A stretch of 64,000 nucleotides of DNA. Source: Rickettsiales bacterium (GTDB lineage: Bacteria; Pseudomonadota; Alphaproteobacteria; Rickettsiales; SXRF01). The stretch lies in the NCBI GenBank assembly GCA_041396965.1, contig JAWKXN010000001.1:462058-526057 (forward strand), in the 5' to 3' direction. Shown piece by piece: positions 36,495 to 45,657 of the stretch. Each line of letters opens with the position of its first letter. The first letter of the stretch is position 1. The position numbers were made by a program, and so were the translations under genes. Under the pieces are notes generated by a model. The model was given only the letters and a program-made list of their open reading frames with translations, did not search any database and was not told where the DNA came from.

Positions 36495-36561
36495 AGAATG
36501 TTTCTATAAGAAACAATTATACCTTAAAAATTAGAATAATCAATCAGTATTTATACAATAT

Positions 36562-37503
36562 ATGAACAACGCCATTGAAATTCGTGACCTTTATAAAATC
36601 TATAATAAAGGCAGTAAAAATCAGGAAAAAACCGCTCTAAATGGTGTAAGCCTCGATGTTCCAAAAGGCTCGTTCTTTGCCTTGCTCGGCGCGAATGGCG
36701 CGGGTAAATCAACTATGATAAATATCATGGCTGGCCTTACCATAAAAACTAGCGGTAATGTCTCCATTTTCGGTCATGACATAGAAAAACAAATGCGGCA
36801 GGCACGCATGTCCATTGGTGTAGTGCCACAGGAATTAATGCTGGATACTTTTTTTACTGTTCGTGAGGCTCTTGATATTCATGCTGGTTATTATGGTGTC
36901 CATAAATCCAAGCGGCGTACACAGGAGATAATAGACGCTCTTGGGCTTTCCGATAAGGCGGATATAAATTCCCGCCGCCTGTCAGGAGGGATGAGAAGAA
37001 GGCTGCTTATCGCCAAAGCACTTGTCCATAACCCACCGGTTTTGATATTAGATGAGCCAACTGCTGGTGTTGACGTTGAGCTGCGTTCACAGCTTTGGAG
37101 TTATGTAAAAGAATTAAATAGAGGTGGCACAACCATATTGCTTACTACCCATTATCTGGAAGAGGCTGAGCAGTTATGTGATAAAATAGCGGTAATTGAT
37201 AATGGTGAACTGGTCGCTTATGATGATAAAACAACGATGCTACAAAGCCTTGACCATAAACAGCTTGTGCTTACCTTTGCCAGTCCGCTTAAAGAGATTC
37301 CTAAAAAAATAGATAGGTGGAAAACTGAGATAAGCCCTAATGGTAGGCTGATAGTTCATTATAGACCAAGCACTGATAGGTTTCAGGACATATTAAACAG
37401 TGTAAGTGAGGCGGGACTAGCGGTATGTGACCTCACCACCAGAGAGCCAAAATTAGAGGATATATTCCTGAAGCTTACTGGTGGTGCTTATAAAGTGGCT
37501 TAG
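36562..37503 (+). CDS. ABC transporter ATP-binding protein (ABC-2 type)
   Basis: Has Walker A GANGAGKST, signature LSGGMRRRL and Walker B VLILDEPT. No permease gene is adjacent. Confidence 0.85.
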   Translation: MNNAIEIRDLYKIYNKGSKNQEKTALNGVSLDVPKGSFFALLGANGAGKSTMINIMAGLTIKTSGNVSIFGHDIEKQMRQARMSIGVVPQELMLDTFFTVREALDIHAGYYGVHKSKRRTQEIIDALGLSDKADINSRRLSGGMRRRLLIAKALVHNPPVLILDEPTAGVDVELRSQLWSYVKELNRGGTTILLTTHYLEEAEQLCDKIAVIDNGELVAYDDKTTMLQSLDHKQLVLTFASPLKEIPKKIDRWKTEISPNGRLIVHYRPSTDRFQDILNSVSEAGLAVCDLTTREPKLEDIFLKLTGGAYKVA

Positions 37504-37604
37504 TTATCACATGGATTATGCCGCATTGCAGTAATGACGGTTTTATTAAGGATTTATTATCCTCGTTATGCTATGATCATCCCAACGTAATGTAGGAGAA
37601 ATAT

Positions 37605-39383
37605 ATGCCGCAGTTCAAAGCCAATATTCGTGATTTCCAGTTTTTATTAAATGAGTATCTGAATATTTCTCAGTATTCTGATATTGAGGGTTTCGCGGAA
37701 GCTGGAGAAGATTTAATGAATCCAGTTTTAGAGGCGGCGGCGCAAATGTGTGAGGAAGTGCTATTTCCACTTAATCAAAAGGGTGACATAGAGGGGCTTA
37801 AATATGATAATGGGCGGGTAATTATGCCCGATGGCTTTAAGGAAGCTTATAAACTATATTGTGAGAATGGCTGGCCGTCCTTTACCTGTGACAAAAAATA
37901 TGGCGGACAGGATTTGCCGGAAGTTCTCAACATGCCGCTTATGGAAATGGTATGTTCGGCGAATCTTTCCTTTGGTCTTACTCCCGGTCTTAGCCACGGC
38001 GCGTATAACGCTATAAAGCTACACGCTAGCGAGGAATTAAAGGATATTTATTTGCCAAAACTGGTAACAGGGCAGTGGTCGGGCGTTATGTGTCTTACCG
38101 AGCCGCAGGCGGGAACAGATCTTGGTTTGGTTAGAACTAAAGCCGAGCCAAATTCTGATGGTAGTTACTCAATTACCGGTGGTAAGATATTTATTTCTTC
38201 TGGCGAACATGAGCTTACCGAGAATATTATCCATCTGGTACTTGCTCGCCTGCCGGACGCGCCTGCTGGAATTAAAGGTATAAGTCTGTTTTTAGTGCCT
38301 AAAATTCTGCTTAATGAAGATGGAAGTCTTGGTGAGCACAATAAACTTATGTGCGCCGGTCTTGAGCATAAAATGGGGATTCATGCCTCGCCAACCTGTC
38401 AGATACAATATGATGGCGCGAAAGGTTTTCTGGTCGGAGAAGCGCATAAAGGAATGCGCGCTATGTTTACTATGATGAACGCCGCTAGGCTTTATGTCGG
38501 GGTACAGGGACTTGGTATAGGGGAGATTGCCTACCAGAACGCCCTTGTTTATGCCCGCGAGAGGCTGCAAAGCCGCTGTCTAACCGGTGCGAAATATCCA
38601 GAAAAACCAGCCGATCCGATAATAGCTCATCCTGATGTACGGCGTATGCTACTTACCATGCGAGCGTTCGCTGAGGGAGCAAGGTCGCTTGCTCTTGAAA
38701 TGGCGCTTAAAATTGACTTGTCCCGCCGTCACCCTGACGCTTCGGTAAGGCAAGAGGCGGATGATTATGTGCAGCTTCTGACTCCGGTAGTAAAATCATA
38801 TCTTACTGATGGCGGCTTTGAAAACGCCAGCCTTGCCATGCAAGTGCTTGGTGGTTACGGCGTGATTAAGGAATACGGGGTTGAGCAATACGCTCGTGAT
38901 GTGCGTGTTACCATGATTTATGAGGGAACCAATGGTATTCAGGCGCTTGATTTAATTGGACGTAAACTTCCCAAAGACGCAGGTCGCTATCTGCGATCTT
39001 TCTTCCATCCTATAGATAAATTTATAGCTGATAATCGGGAAAACTCTCTTATGGCGGAATTCACCAAACCGCTTAAAAAGAATATGGAATATTTGCAGCA
39101 AGCTACCATGTATATCGCCTCTGCCGGACTGGCTAATCCTGATGATGCGGCAAGCGGAGCGGTGGAATATCAGAAAATGTTCGCACTGGTAGCACTAGCT
39201 TATTCATGGGCAAGGCAAGCAAAAATCGCTATAGAAAAACTAGATAATAGTGATGAAAAGGAATTTTATCAGGCGAAAATTGACACTGCTCGTTTCTTTA
39301 TGCAGAAAATATTGCCGCAAGCCACCTCACTGCTGCAATCTATTGTCACTGGTAGTGGGTCAGTAATGTCGCCTAAATTATAA
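37605..39383 (+). CDS. Long-form acyl-CoA dehydrogenase
   Basis: 592 aa. It shows TEPQAGTDL, YEGTNGIQALDL and an extra C-terminal domain typical of long ACADs. Confidence 0.85.
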   Translation: MPQFKANIRDFQFLLNEYLNISQYSDIEGFAEAGEDLMNPVLEAAAQMCEEVLFPLNQKGDIEGLKYDNGRVIMPDGFKEAYKLYCENGWPSFTCDKKYGGQDLPEVLNMPLMEMVCSANLSFGLTPGLSHGAYNAIKLHASEELKDIYLPKLVTGQWSGVMCLTEPQAGTDLGLVRTKAEPNSDGSYSITGGKIFISSGEHELTENIIHLVLARLPDAPAGIKGISLFLVPKILLNEDGSLGEHNKLMCAGLEHKMGIHASPTCQIQYDGAKGFLVGEAHKGMRAMFTMMNAARLYVGVQGLGIGEIAYQNALVYARERLQSRCLTGAKYPEKPADPIIAHPDVRRMLLTMRAFAEGARSLALEMALKIDLSRRHPDASVRQEADDYVQLLTPVVKSYLTDGGFENASLAMQVLGGYGVIKEYGVEQYARDVRVTMIYEGTNGIQALDLIGRKLPKDAGRYLRSFFHPIDKFIADNRENSLMAEFTKPLKKNMEYLQQATMYIASAGLANPDDAASGAVEYQKMFALVALAYSWARQAKIAIEKLDNSDEKEFYQAKIDTARFFMQKILPQATSLLQSIVTGSGSVMSPKL

Positions 39384-39587
39384 TATATAGCAATTAGTTA
39401 ATATATAATAGTTACCCGCAGAAAATTTTTAATATCTGTGAGTTTTCCGTATATTTATAAGCCGTTCCACTAGCCTCTTGAAATTTTAATATTTTTCCTT
39501 TAATCTTTTAGTTAATATAACAATTTATACAATTACCTATGTGTTTGCTTTAACAGCTTAATCAACAAAATGTGGGAAAAATAATTT

Positions 39588-40133
39588 ATGCAGAAAAAAG
39601 AAGATGAAATTGTTGTTATAAAGAAATACGCCAATCGTAGATTGTATGATACCCAAACTAGCGCCTACATAACTTTGGAAGATTTGTGTGAAAGAGTAAA
39701 AAAAGGACAGGATTTCGTGGTATATGACGCTAAATCAGGGCAGGACATAACCCGTCAGATATTGACTCAGATTATATTTGAGCAAGAAAGCAAGGGCATA
39801 AATTTATTGCCTACTGATTTTTTGCGTTCGGTGATAGGTTTTTATGACAATAACATGCAGGACATATTACAGCCTTATCTTGACGCTAGTATGAAGAGTT
39901 TTGTAAATAATCAAGAACGGATGAAAGGTATGTTTGGTAATACCATTGGTAAAGCTATGGATGGAACCTCTCCGCTTGGAACATTGGAGGAAGTTACCAG
40001 AAGTAACGTTGCTCTATTTGAAAAAACAATGCAGATGTTCAATCCATTTGGTGGCATGTTCACAAGTGATGGAGATGACTTGGAAAGTGGTAGAAAGGAT
40101 AGTAGCATTAAATCCAGAAAAGGCAAAAAATAG
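39588..40133 (+). CDS. phaR: Polyhydroxyalkanoate synthesis repressor
   Basis: The N-terminus IKKYANRRLYDTQTSAYITLEDL...ITRQILTQIIFEQE is the PhaR DNA-binding signature. Confidence 0.85.
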   Translation: MQKKEDEIVVIKKYANRRLYDTQTSAYITLEDLCERVKKGQDFVVYDAKSGQDITRQILTQIIFEQESKGINLLPTDFLRSVIGFYDNNMQDILQPYLDASMKSFVNNQERMKGMFGNTIGKAMDGTSPLGTLEEVTRSNVALFEKTMQMFNPFGGMFTSDGDDLESGRKDSSIKSRKGKK

Positions 40134-40139
40134 GTTATT

Positions 40140-41540
40140 ATGATAGAAAGTAATTCCTGTCTCGGTAGTAAGACTTATGATGAAATAAATTTAGGTGACT
40201 CAGCGAGTCTCACCCGTATTCTTACCAAGCGTGATATTCAACTTTTCGCCATAGTAACTGGGGATATGAATCCCGCCCATCTTGATGAGGCTTACGCTAA
40301 AACCGATATTTTTCAGCGGATAATTGGACATGGCATGTGGACTGGTTCTATGTTTTCCAGCCTGCTTGGTATGCAGCTTCCTGGTCTTGGAACTATCTAT
40401 TTAAGTCAGACATTGAAGTTTTTAAGACCGGTACATTTGGGTGATACTATAACCGCCTCTGTAAAAGTTATAGAAAAGGATGATAAACATAAACATGTAA
40501 AGCTTGCCACCATATGTGTAAATGAGAGCGGTCAGCATGTGCTAGAAGGAGAGGCCGTTGTTCTACCTCCTGAAAAGAAAGTATGTTGGTCATCAGCTCC
40601 ACTTCCAGAGATAAATATTAAAACTGATGGACATAATTACGAGCAGTGGCTGTTAAATAAAGCAAGGGAATTGGAGCCATTAAAGACAGCGGTAGTGCAT
40701 CCGGTAGATATTCTTTCCCTATCAGGGGCGGTTGAGGCCGCTCAGATGGGAATTATAGAGCCTGTGCTGGTTGGAAATGAGGAAAAAATAAGGAAAGTGG
40801 CGGATGATGCTCATATAGATTTAAGTAAGTACCGGATTGTATCAACCGAACATAGTCATTTAGCCGCTGATACCGCCGCGAAAATGGCTCGTGATGGTGA
40901 GGTTGAGGCTTTGATGAAGGGCAAAATAAAGACTAGTGAGCTTATTGAGGCGGTTCTGAAAAAAGAAAATGGTTTGCGTAGTGAGCGTCGTCTCAGCCAT
41001 GTATTCGTTCTTGATGTGCCAAGCTATCCGAAACCGTTATTTCTCACAGATGCGGCGATAAATATAGCTCCGAATCTGATGGATAAAAAAGATATAGTGC
41101 AGAACGTTGTGGATTTATTTCATTGTTTAGGACTAGGAATTCCTAAAGTTGCTATTTTAGCGGCAGTGGAAACCGTAAATGAGAAAATGCCAGCTACCAT
41201 TGATGCTACCGCTTTATGTAAAATGGCGGAGCGTGGTCAGATAAAGGACGCTATAATTGATGGTCCTCTTGCCTTTGATAATGCTATATCAAAAGAATCG
41301 GCAGATATAAAGGAAATCCGATCTGATGTCGCTGGAAATGCGGATATTCTAGTGGTTCCCGATATTGAATCGGGAAATATGCTTTATAAGCAATTACGTT
41401 ATTTTTCTGGCATTAGAGGAGCAAGTATAGTCATGGGAGCAAAAGTTCCAATTATTCTTACCAGCCGTTCTAGTGATGTTGAGAATCGGGTTATATCATC
41501 CGCTCTTGCCATGATTTACGCTAGAGCAAATAAAACTTAA
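40140..41540 (+). CDS. Bifunctional MaoC-like enoyl-CoA hydratase / phosphate acyl(acetyl/butyryl)transferase
   Basis: The N-terminal hot-dog domain (FAIVTGDMNPAHLDEAYA) is fused to a PTA_PTB domain (VVPDIESGNMLYKQL). Confidence 0.8.
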   Translation: MIESNSCLGSKTYDEINLGDSASLTRILTKRDIQLFAIVTGDMNPAHLDEAYAKTDIFQRIIGHGMWTGSMFSSLLGMQLPGLGTIYLSQTLKFLRPVHLGDTITASVKVIEKDDKHKHVKLATICVNESGQHVLEGEAVVLPPEKKVCWSSAPLPEINIKTDGHNYEQWLLNKARELEPLKTAVVHPVDILSLSGAVEAAQMGIIEPVLVGNEEKIRKVADDAHIDLSKYRIVSTEHSHLAADTAAKMARDGEVEALMKGKIKTSELIEAVLKKENGLRSERRLSHVFVLDVPSYPKPLFLTDAAINIAPNLMDKKDIVQNVVDLFHCLGLGIPKVAILAAVETVNEKMPATIDATALCKMAERGQIKDAIIDGPLAFDNAISKESADIKEIRSDVAGNADILVVPDIESGNMLYKQLRYFSGIRGASIVMGAKVPIILTSRSSDVENRVISSALAMIYARANKT

Positions 41541-41572
41541 GTAAAAAATAATAAAATACAGGAATAGGGCTA

Positions 41573-42613
41573 ATGGAAAACATAATAATAACTTACAACG
41601 CCGGATCGTCTAACATAAAAATTTCTTTATTCAACGCTGACAGTATGGAGCGTGTAGAAAATGTTAGGCTGAATAACCAGAAAGAAGCTTTCGATTGGCT
41701 AACCTCAGTAAGTAAGGAAGATACTGGTAGAAATATTTTAGCGGTTGGACATAGAGTAGTTCACGGAGGTGATAAATTTATCGCTCCACAAATAATAGAT
41801 GAAAAAATTATATCTGAACTTGAAAAATTTATTCCTCTTGCTCCTCTTCATCAGCCCGCCTCAATAGAAGCTATCAAAAAAATGAAAGAGCTATTCCCAA
41901 AAATACCGCACATAGCCTGTTTTGATACCGCTTTTCATCATACAATAATAGATGTTGAGAAGAGGTTCGCTATTCCTCGTGAGTATCATGATAAGGGAGT
42001 AAGACGTTACGGTTTTCATGGTCTTTCTTATGAGCATATAATATCTGTTTTACCAGAATATATAGGAGATCTCGCTGATGAGAGAGTTATAGTCGCCCAT
42101 CTTGGAGGAGGTTCTAGCATATGCGCTATATGTGATAAGAAAAGTATTGGTATAAGTATGGGATTTTCCACTCTTGATGGTCTCATGATGTCGTCGCGTT
42201 GTGGTTCTCTGGATGCTGGTGTTGTTTTGCACATGATGGAACAGGAAAATATGACCGCGCGAGAAATATCCGATATGCTTTATCACAAGTCAGGATGTCT
42301 TGGAGTGTCAGGAGGTCTTAGCGCCGATATGAAAGAACTAATAATAAAAGGTACTAAAGAGGCCATAGAGGCGATTGATTTATATAGCTATATAGCCGCT
42401 AAAAAACTCGCGTCATTACTTCCATCAATTGGTGGTATAGATGTATTGGTGTTTACGGGTGGTATTGGCGAGAATTCTGATGTTATAAGACAGCGCATTT
42501 GTAGCTATTTGTCATGGGTTGATGATGTGCCGGTTTATGTGATTCCAACCGATGAAGAGTCAGTAATAGCTAGGGCTTGCGCCGATATTACTGGTTTACG
42601 AGCTGCTGTATAG
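41573..42613 (+). CDS. ackA: Acetate/propionate family kinase (short form)
   Basis: Shows ITYNAGSSNIKISLF, VGHRVVHGG, RRYGFHGLSYE and FTGGIGENS. At 346 aa it is shorter than the usual ~400 aa. Confidence 0.8.
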   Translation: MENIIITYNAGSSNIKISLFNADSMERVENVRLNNQKEAFDWLTSVSKEDTGRNILAVGHRVVHGGDKFIAPQIIDEKIISELEKFIPLAPLHQPASIEAIKKMKELFPKIPHIACFDTAFHHTIIDVEKRFAIPREYHDKGVRRYGFHGLSYEHIISVLPEYIGDLADERVIVAHLGGGSSICAICDKKSIGISMGFSTLDGLMMSSRCGSLDAGVVLHMMEQENMTAREISDMLYHKSGCLGVSGGLSADMKELIIKGTKEAIEAIDLYSYIAAKKLASLLPSIGGIDVLVFTGGIGENSDVIRQRICSYLSWVDDVPVYVIPTDEESVIARACADITGLRAAV

Positions 42614-42817
42614 CCGGTTAACCATATCGCATTCTATTGCTTTATTTTTATATAAAAATATAGTATAAGACTGCTGTTTTTCCGTTTTAATGTGTGAAAA
42701 CAATGTTTAAGCTGCTTCTGGTTAATTTATGGTAGCTATAATTATGGATAAAATATTACCAAAATTAATAATTTGGCAATCTTCATTTAACTTATTCTTC
42801 AGGGTTTATAGGCAATA

Positions 42818-43165
42818 ATGATTATAGACACTAAAATGTCAGGATATGGTGATAAAGAGCATGAAATCGAAGGTGGTGGATTGCTCTTAGTAGAGCCGGA
42901 GGTGAAAACCAAAAGGCCGCCATACTTTAAGGTGGTGTTGCTGAACGATGATTATACACCGATGGATTTCGTAGTCTTGATTCTAAAAGACGTTTTCCAT
43001 CGTTCTCATGGAGAAGCAGTGAGCATCATGCTTGAGGTTCACCAAAAAGGTGAGGGCATTTGTGGTGTTTACACTCGCGATGTCGCGGAAACCAAAGCTG
43101 AAGAAACAATGTCTCTTTCTCGTCAGCAGGAATATCCGCTTCAGTGTCGGGTGGAAAAAGAATAG
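42818..43165 (+). CDS. clpS: ATP-dependent Clp protease adaptor
   Basis: YFKVVLLNDDYTPMDFVVLILKDVFHRS...VHQKGEGICGVYTRDVAETK is the ClpS core. Confidence 0.85.
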   Translation: MIIDTKMSGYGDKEHEIEGGGLLLVEPEVKTKRPPYFKVVLLNDDYTPMDFVVLILKDVFHRSHGEAVSIMLEVHQKGEGICGVYTRDVAETKAEETMSLSRQQEYPLQCRVEKE

Positions 43166-43255
43166 TGACATAAGTATCTGAACGGTTTGATTCTTTAACT
43201 TCTAATCTATCGGATAACTTAATTCGCAAAGTAACTGCCAACGGGAGAATAGTCT

Positions 43256-45583
43256 ATGCTATCTAAGAATCTGGAAATCAGTCTGCATCGTGCCTTAGCG
43301 ACAGCTAAAAAATATAGCCACGAATATGCTACTCTTGAGCATTTGCTTTACTCGCTGATTGATGATCCGGACGCGGTATCAGTAATGCGCGGTTGTGGTA
43401 TCAATGTTAAGGATATAAAAAGAAATCTTGAAGAATTCATGGAGACTGAGTTAAGCTCACTTGTCATTGACGAGCTAGAGGAATCTCGCCCTACCGCTGG
43501 TTTTCAAAGAGTTATTCATCGTGCCGCTATTCATGTTCAGTCCGCTGGTAAGAGTGAGGTAACAGGAGCAAACGTACTTGTGGCTTTGTTTTCGGAACGT
43601 GATAGTCACGCTGTGTTCTTTTTACAAGAGCAAGAACTTTCCCGTCTTGATGTGGTAAATTACATATCTCATGGTATAGTTAAATACGATGATAGTGGAA
43701 AAATAGCTGAGTGGAAAGGCTTTGACGCTGACGCGGCGGCTGAGTCGCTAGAACGTCCACAAGCATCAAGAGAAAAGGACAAGCAAGACGCTCTTTCTCA
43801 ATATACTGTTAATCTGAATAAAAAGGCTGAATCCGGCAAAACCGATATTTTGGTAGGTCGTGAGGAAGAGGTGGAGCGTACTATACAGGTGCTTGCCCGT
43901 CGCACTAAAAACAACCCGCTTTATGTTGGTGAGGCTGGTGTTGGTAAAACTGCTATCGCTGAAGGTCTAGCCCTTAGAATAGTGCGTGGTGAAGTACCAA
44001 AAGTATTGCTTAGCTCGGTTATATTCTCATTAGATATGGGAGCGCTTCTTGCCGGTACCCGCTATCGTGGTGATTTTGAGGAAAGAATGAAGGCGGTGAT
44101 TAAGGAAATAGAGAAGGTTCCAAATGCTATATTATTTATTGATGAGATTCATACAATAATAGGCGCTGGCTCTACTTCTGGTGGCGCGCTTGACGCTTGT
44201 AATCTGCTGAAGCCAGCTTTAGCGCGTGGTGAGTTCCGTTGTATCGGCTCTACCACCTATAAAGAATATAAATCAAGTATAGAAAAAGACCGTGCTCTTG
44301 CCCGTCGCTTCCAGAAAATTGATGTTGTTGAGCCTACTATTGAGAACTCAATTAAAATTTTGCGTGGTCTAAAACCATATTATGAGGAACATCACAAAAT
44401 ACGCTATACTAACGGCGCGATAAAAGCGGCGGTTGAGCTTTCCGCTCGCTTTATAAATGACCGTAAATTACCAGACAAGGCAATAGACGTGTTGGACGAG
44501 GCGGGAGCGGCTCAGATGTTGCTTCCTGAATCAAAACGTAAACGTAGCATAACTCATCGTGAGATTGAGGATATTGTGGCTAAAATAGCTCGTATGCCTT
44601 CTAAAACCGTATCGGCTGATGATAAGGAAGTTCTGCGTAACTTAGAGAAAGAATTGAAACTTGTGGTCTTTGGTCAGGATGAGGCTATTGATACTCTTGC
44701 CGCCGCTATTAAAATGTCAAGAGCAGGGCTGCGTGATGAGGAAAAACCAATAGGAAGCTATCTATTTACTGGCCCAACCGGTGTTGGTAAAACTGAGGTC
44801 GCTCAACAGCTCGCGGTTGCTATGGGCATGGAGTTGCTACGTTTTGACATGTCCGAATATATGGAAAAACACGCGGTCTCGCGCCTTATCGGCTCACCTC
44901 CGGGTTACGTTGGTTTTGATCAAGGTGGTCTGCTTACCGACGCTGTTGATAAATCACCTTATAGCGTTGTCTTGCTTGATGAGATAGAAAAGGCTCATCC
45001 TGATATTTATAACATATTGTTACAAGTTATGGATTATGGTCGTCTTTCTGATAATAACGGTAAAATGATCAATTTCCGTAATACTATAATAATTATGACC
45101 AGTAACGCTGGAGCGTCTGACGCGGCGCGCGCGCCAGTCGGATTTACCAAAGTTGATAGAGAAGGGGAGGATAAAGAAGCGGTTATTCGCGCTTTCACCC
45201 CAGAATTCCGTAATCGCCTAGACGCTATAGTGCCATTTACCCATTTAAGTCCGGAAGTGGTTGGTCATGTGGTAAATAAATTCATCTTCCGCCTAGAGTC
45301 ACAACTCGCTGATCGTAATATTACGATAAATCTGGATAGTGAGGCTAGAAATTGGCTGATAGAGCGTGGATACGAAAGAGCGAATGGCGCACGTCCTATG
45401 GCAAGGCTGATCGCTGAGAAAATTAAAAAACCTCTGGCTAATGAGGTTCTATTCGGTAGCTTATCTAAAGGCGGTGTTGTTGGTGTCAGCGTAAAAGATG
45501 GAGAGCTTACCTTTAAGTATGGTAAATCCACTAATCCCACAAAACGTGATATAGACGCTGATGATGAGGAATTGGTTTCTTAA
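43256..45583 (+). CDS. clpA: ATP-dependent Clp protease ATP-binding subunit
   Basis: Has two AAA+ modules with Walker A GEAGVGKT and GPTGVGKT, plus an N-terminal Clp_N repeat. It is 775 aa. Confidence 0.9.
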   Translation: MLSKNLEISLHRALATAKKYSHEYATLEHLLYSLIDDPDAVSVMRGCGINVKDIKRNLEEFMETELSSLVIDELEESRPTAGFQRVIHRAAIHVQSAGKSEVTGANVLVALFSERDSHAVFFLQEQELSRLDVVNYISHGIVKYDDSGKIAEWKGFDADAAAESLERPQASREKDKQDALSQYTVNLNKKAESGKTDILVGREEEVERTIQVLARRTKNNPLYVGEAGVGKTAIAEGLALRIVRGEVPKVLLSSVIFSLDMGALLAGTRYRGDFEERMKAVIKEIEKVPNAILFIDEIHTIIGAGSTSGGALDACNLLKPALARGEFRCIGSTTYKEYKSSIEKDRALARRFQKIDVVEPTIENSIKILRGLKPYYEEHHKIRYTNGAIKAAVELSARFINDRKLPDKAIDVLDEAGAAQMLLPESKRKRSITHREIEDIVAKIARMPSKTVSADDKEVLRNLEKELKLVVFGQDEAIDTLAAAIKMSRAGLRDEEKPIGSYLFTGPTGVGKTEVAQQLAVAMGMELLRFDMSEYMEKHAVSRLIGSPPGYVGFDQGGLLTDAVDKSPYSVVLLDEIEKAHPDIYNILLQVMDYGRLSDNNGKMINFRNTIIIMTSNAGASDAARAPVGFTKVDREGEDKEAVIRAFTPEFRNRLDAIVPFTHLSPEVVGHVVNKFIFRLESQLADRNITINLDSEARNWLIERGYERANGARPMARLIAEKIKKPLANEVLFGSLSKGGVVGVSVKDGELTFKYGKSTNPTKRDIDADDEELVS

Positions 45584-45657
45584 CTATGTATTTTGTAGAT
45601 AAGTACTATAAGTAAATTTTTCTTGCCATACTAGTTAATGCTTGTTAGTCATTCTGA

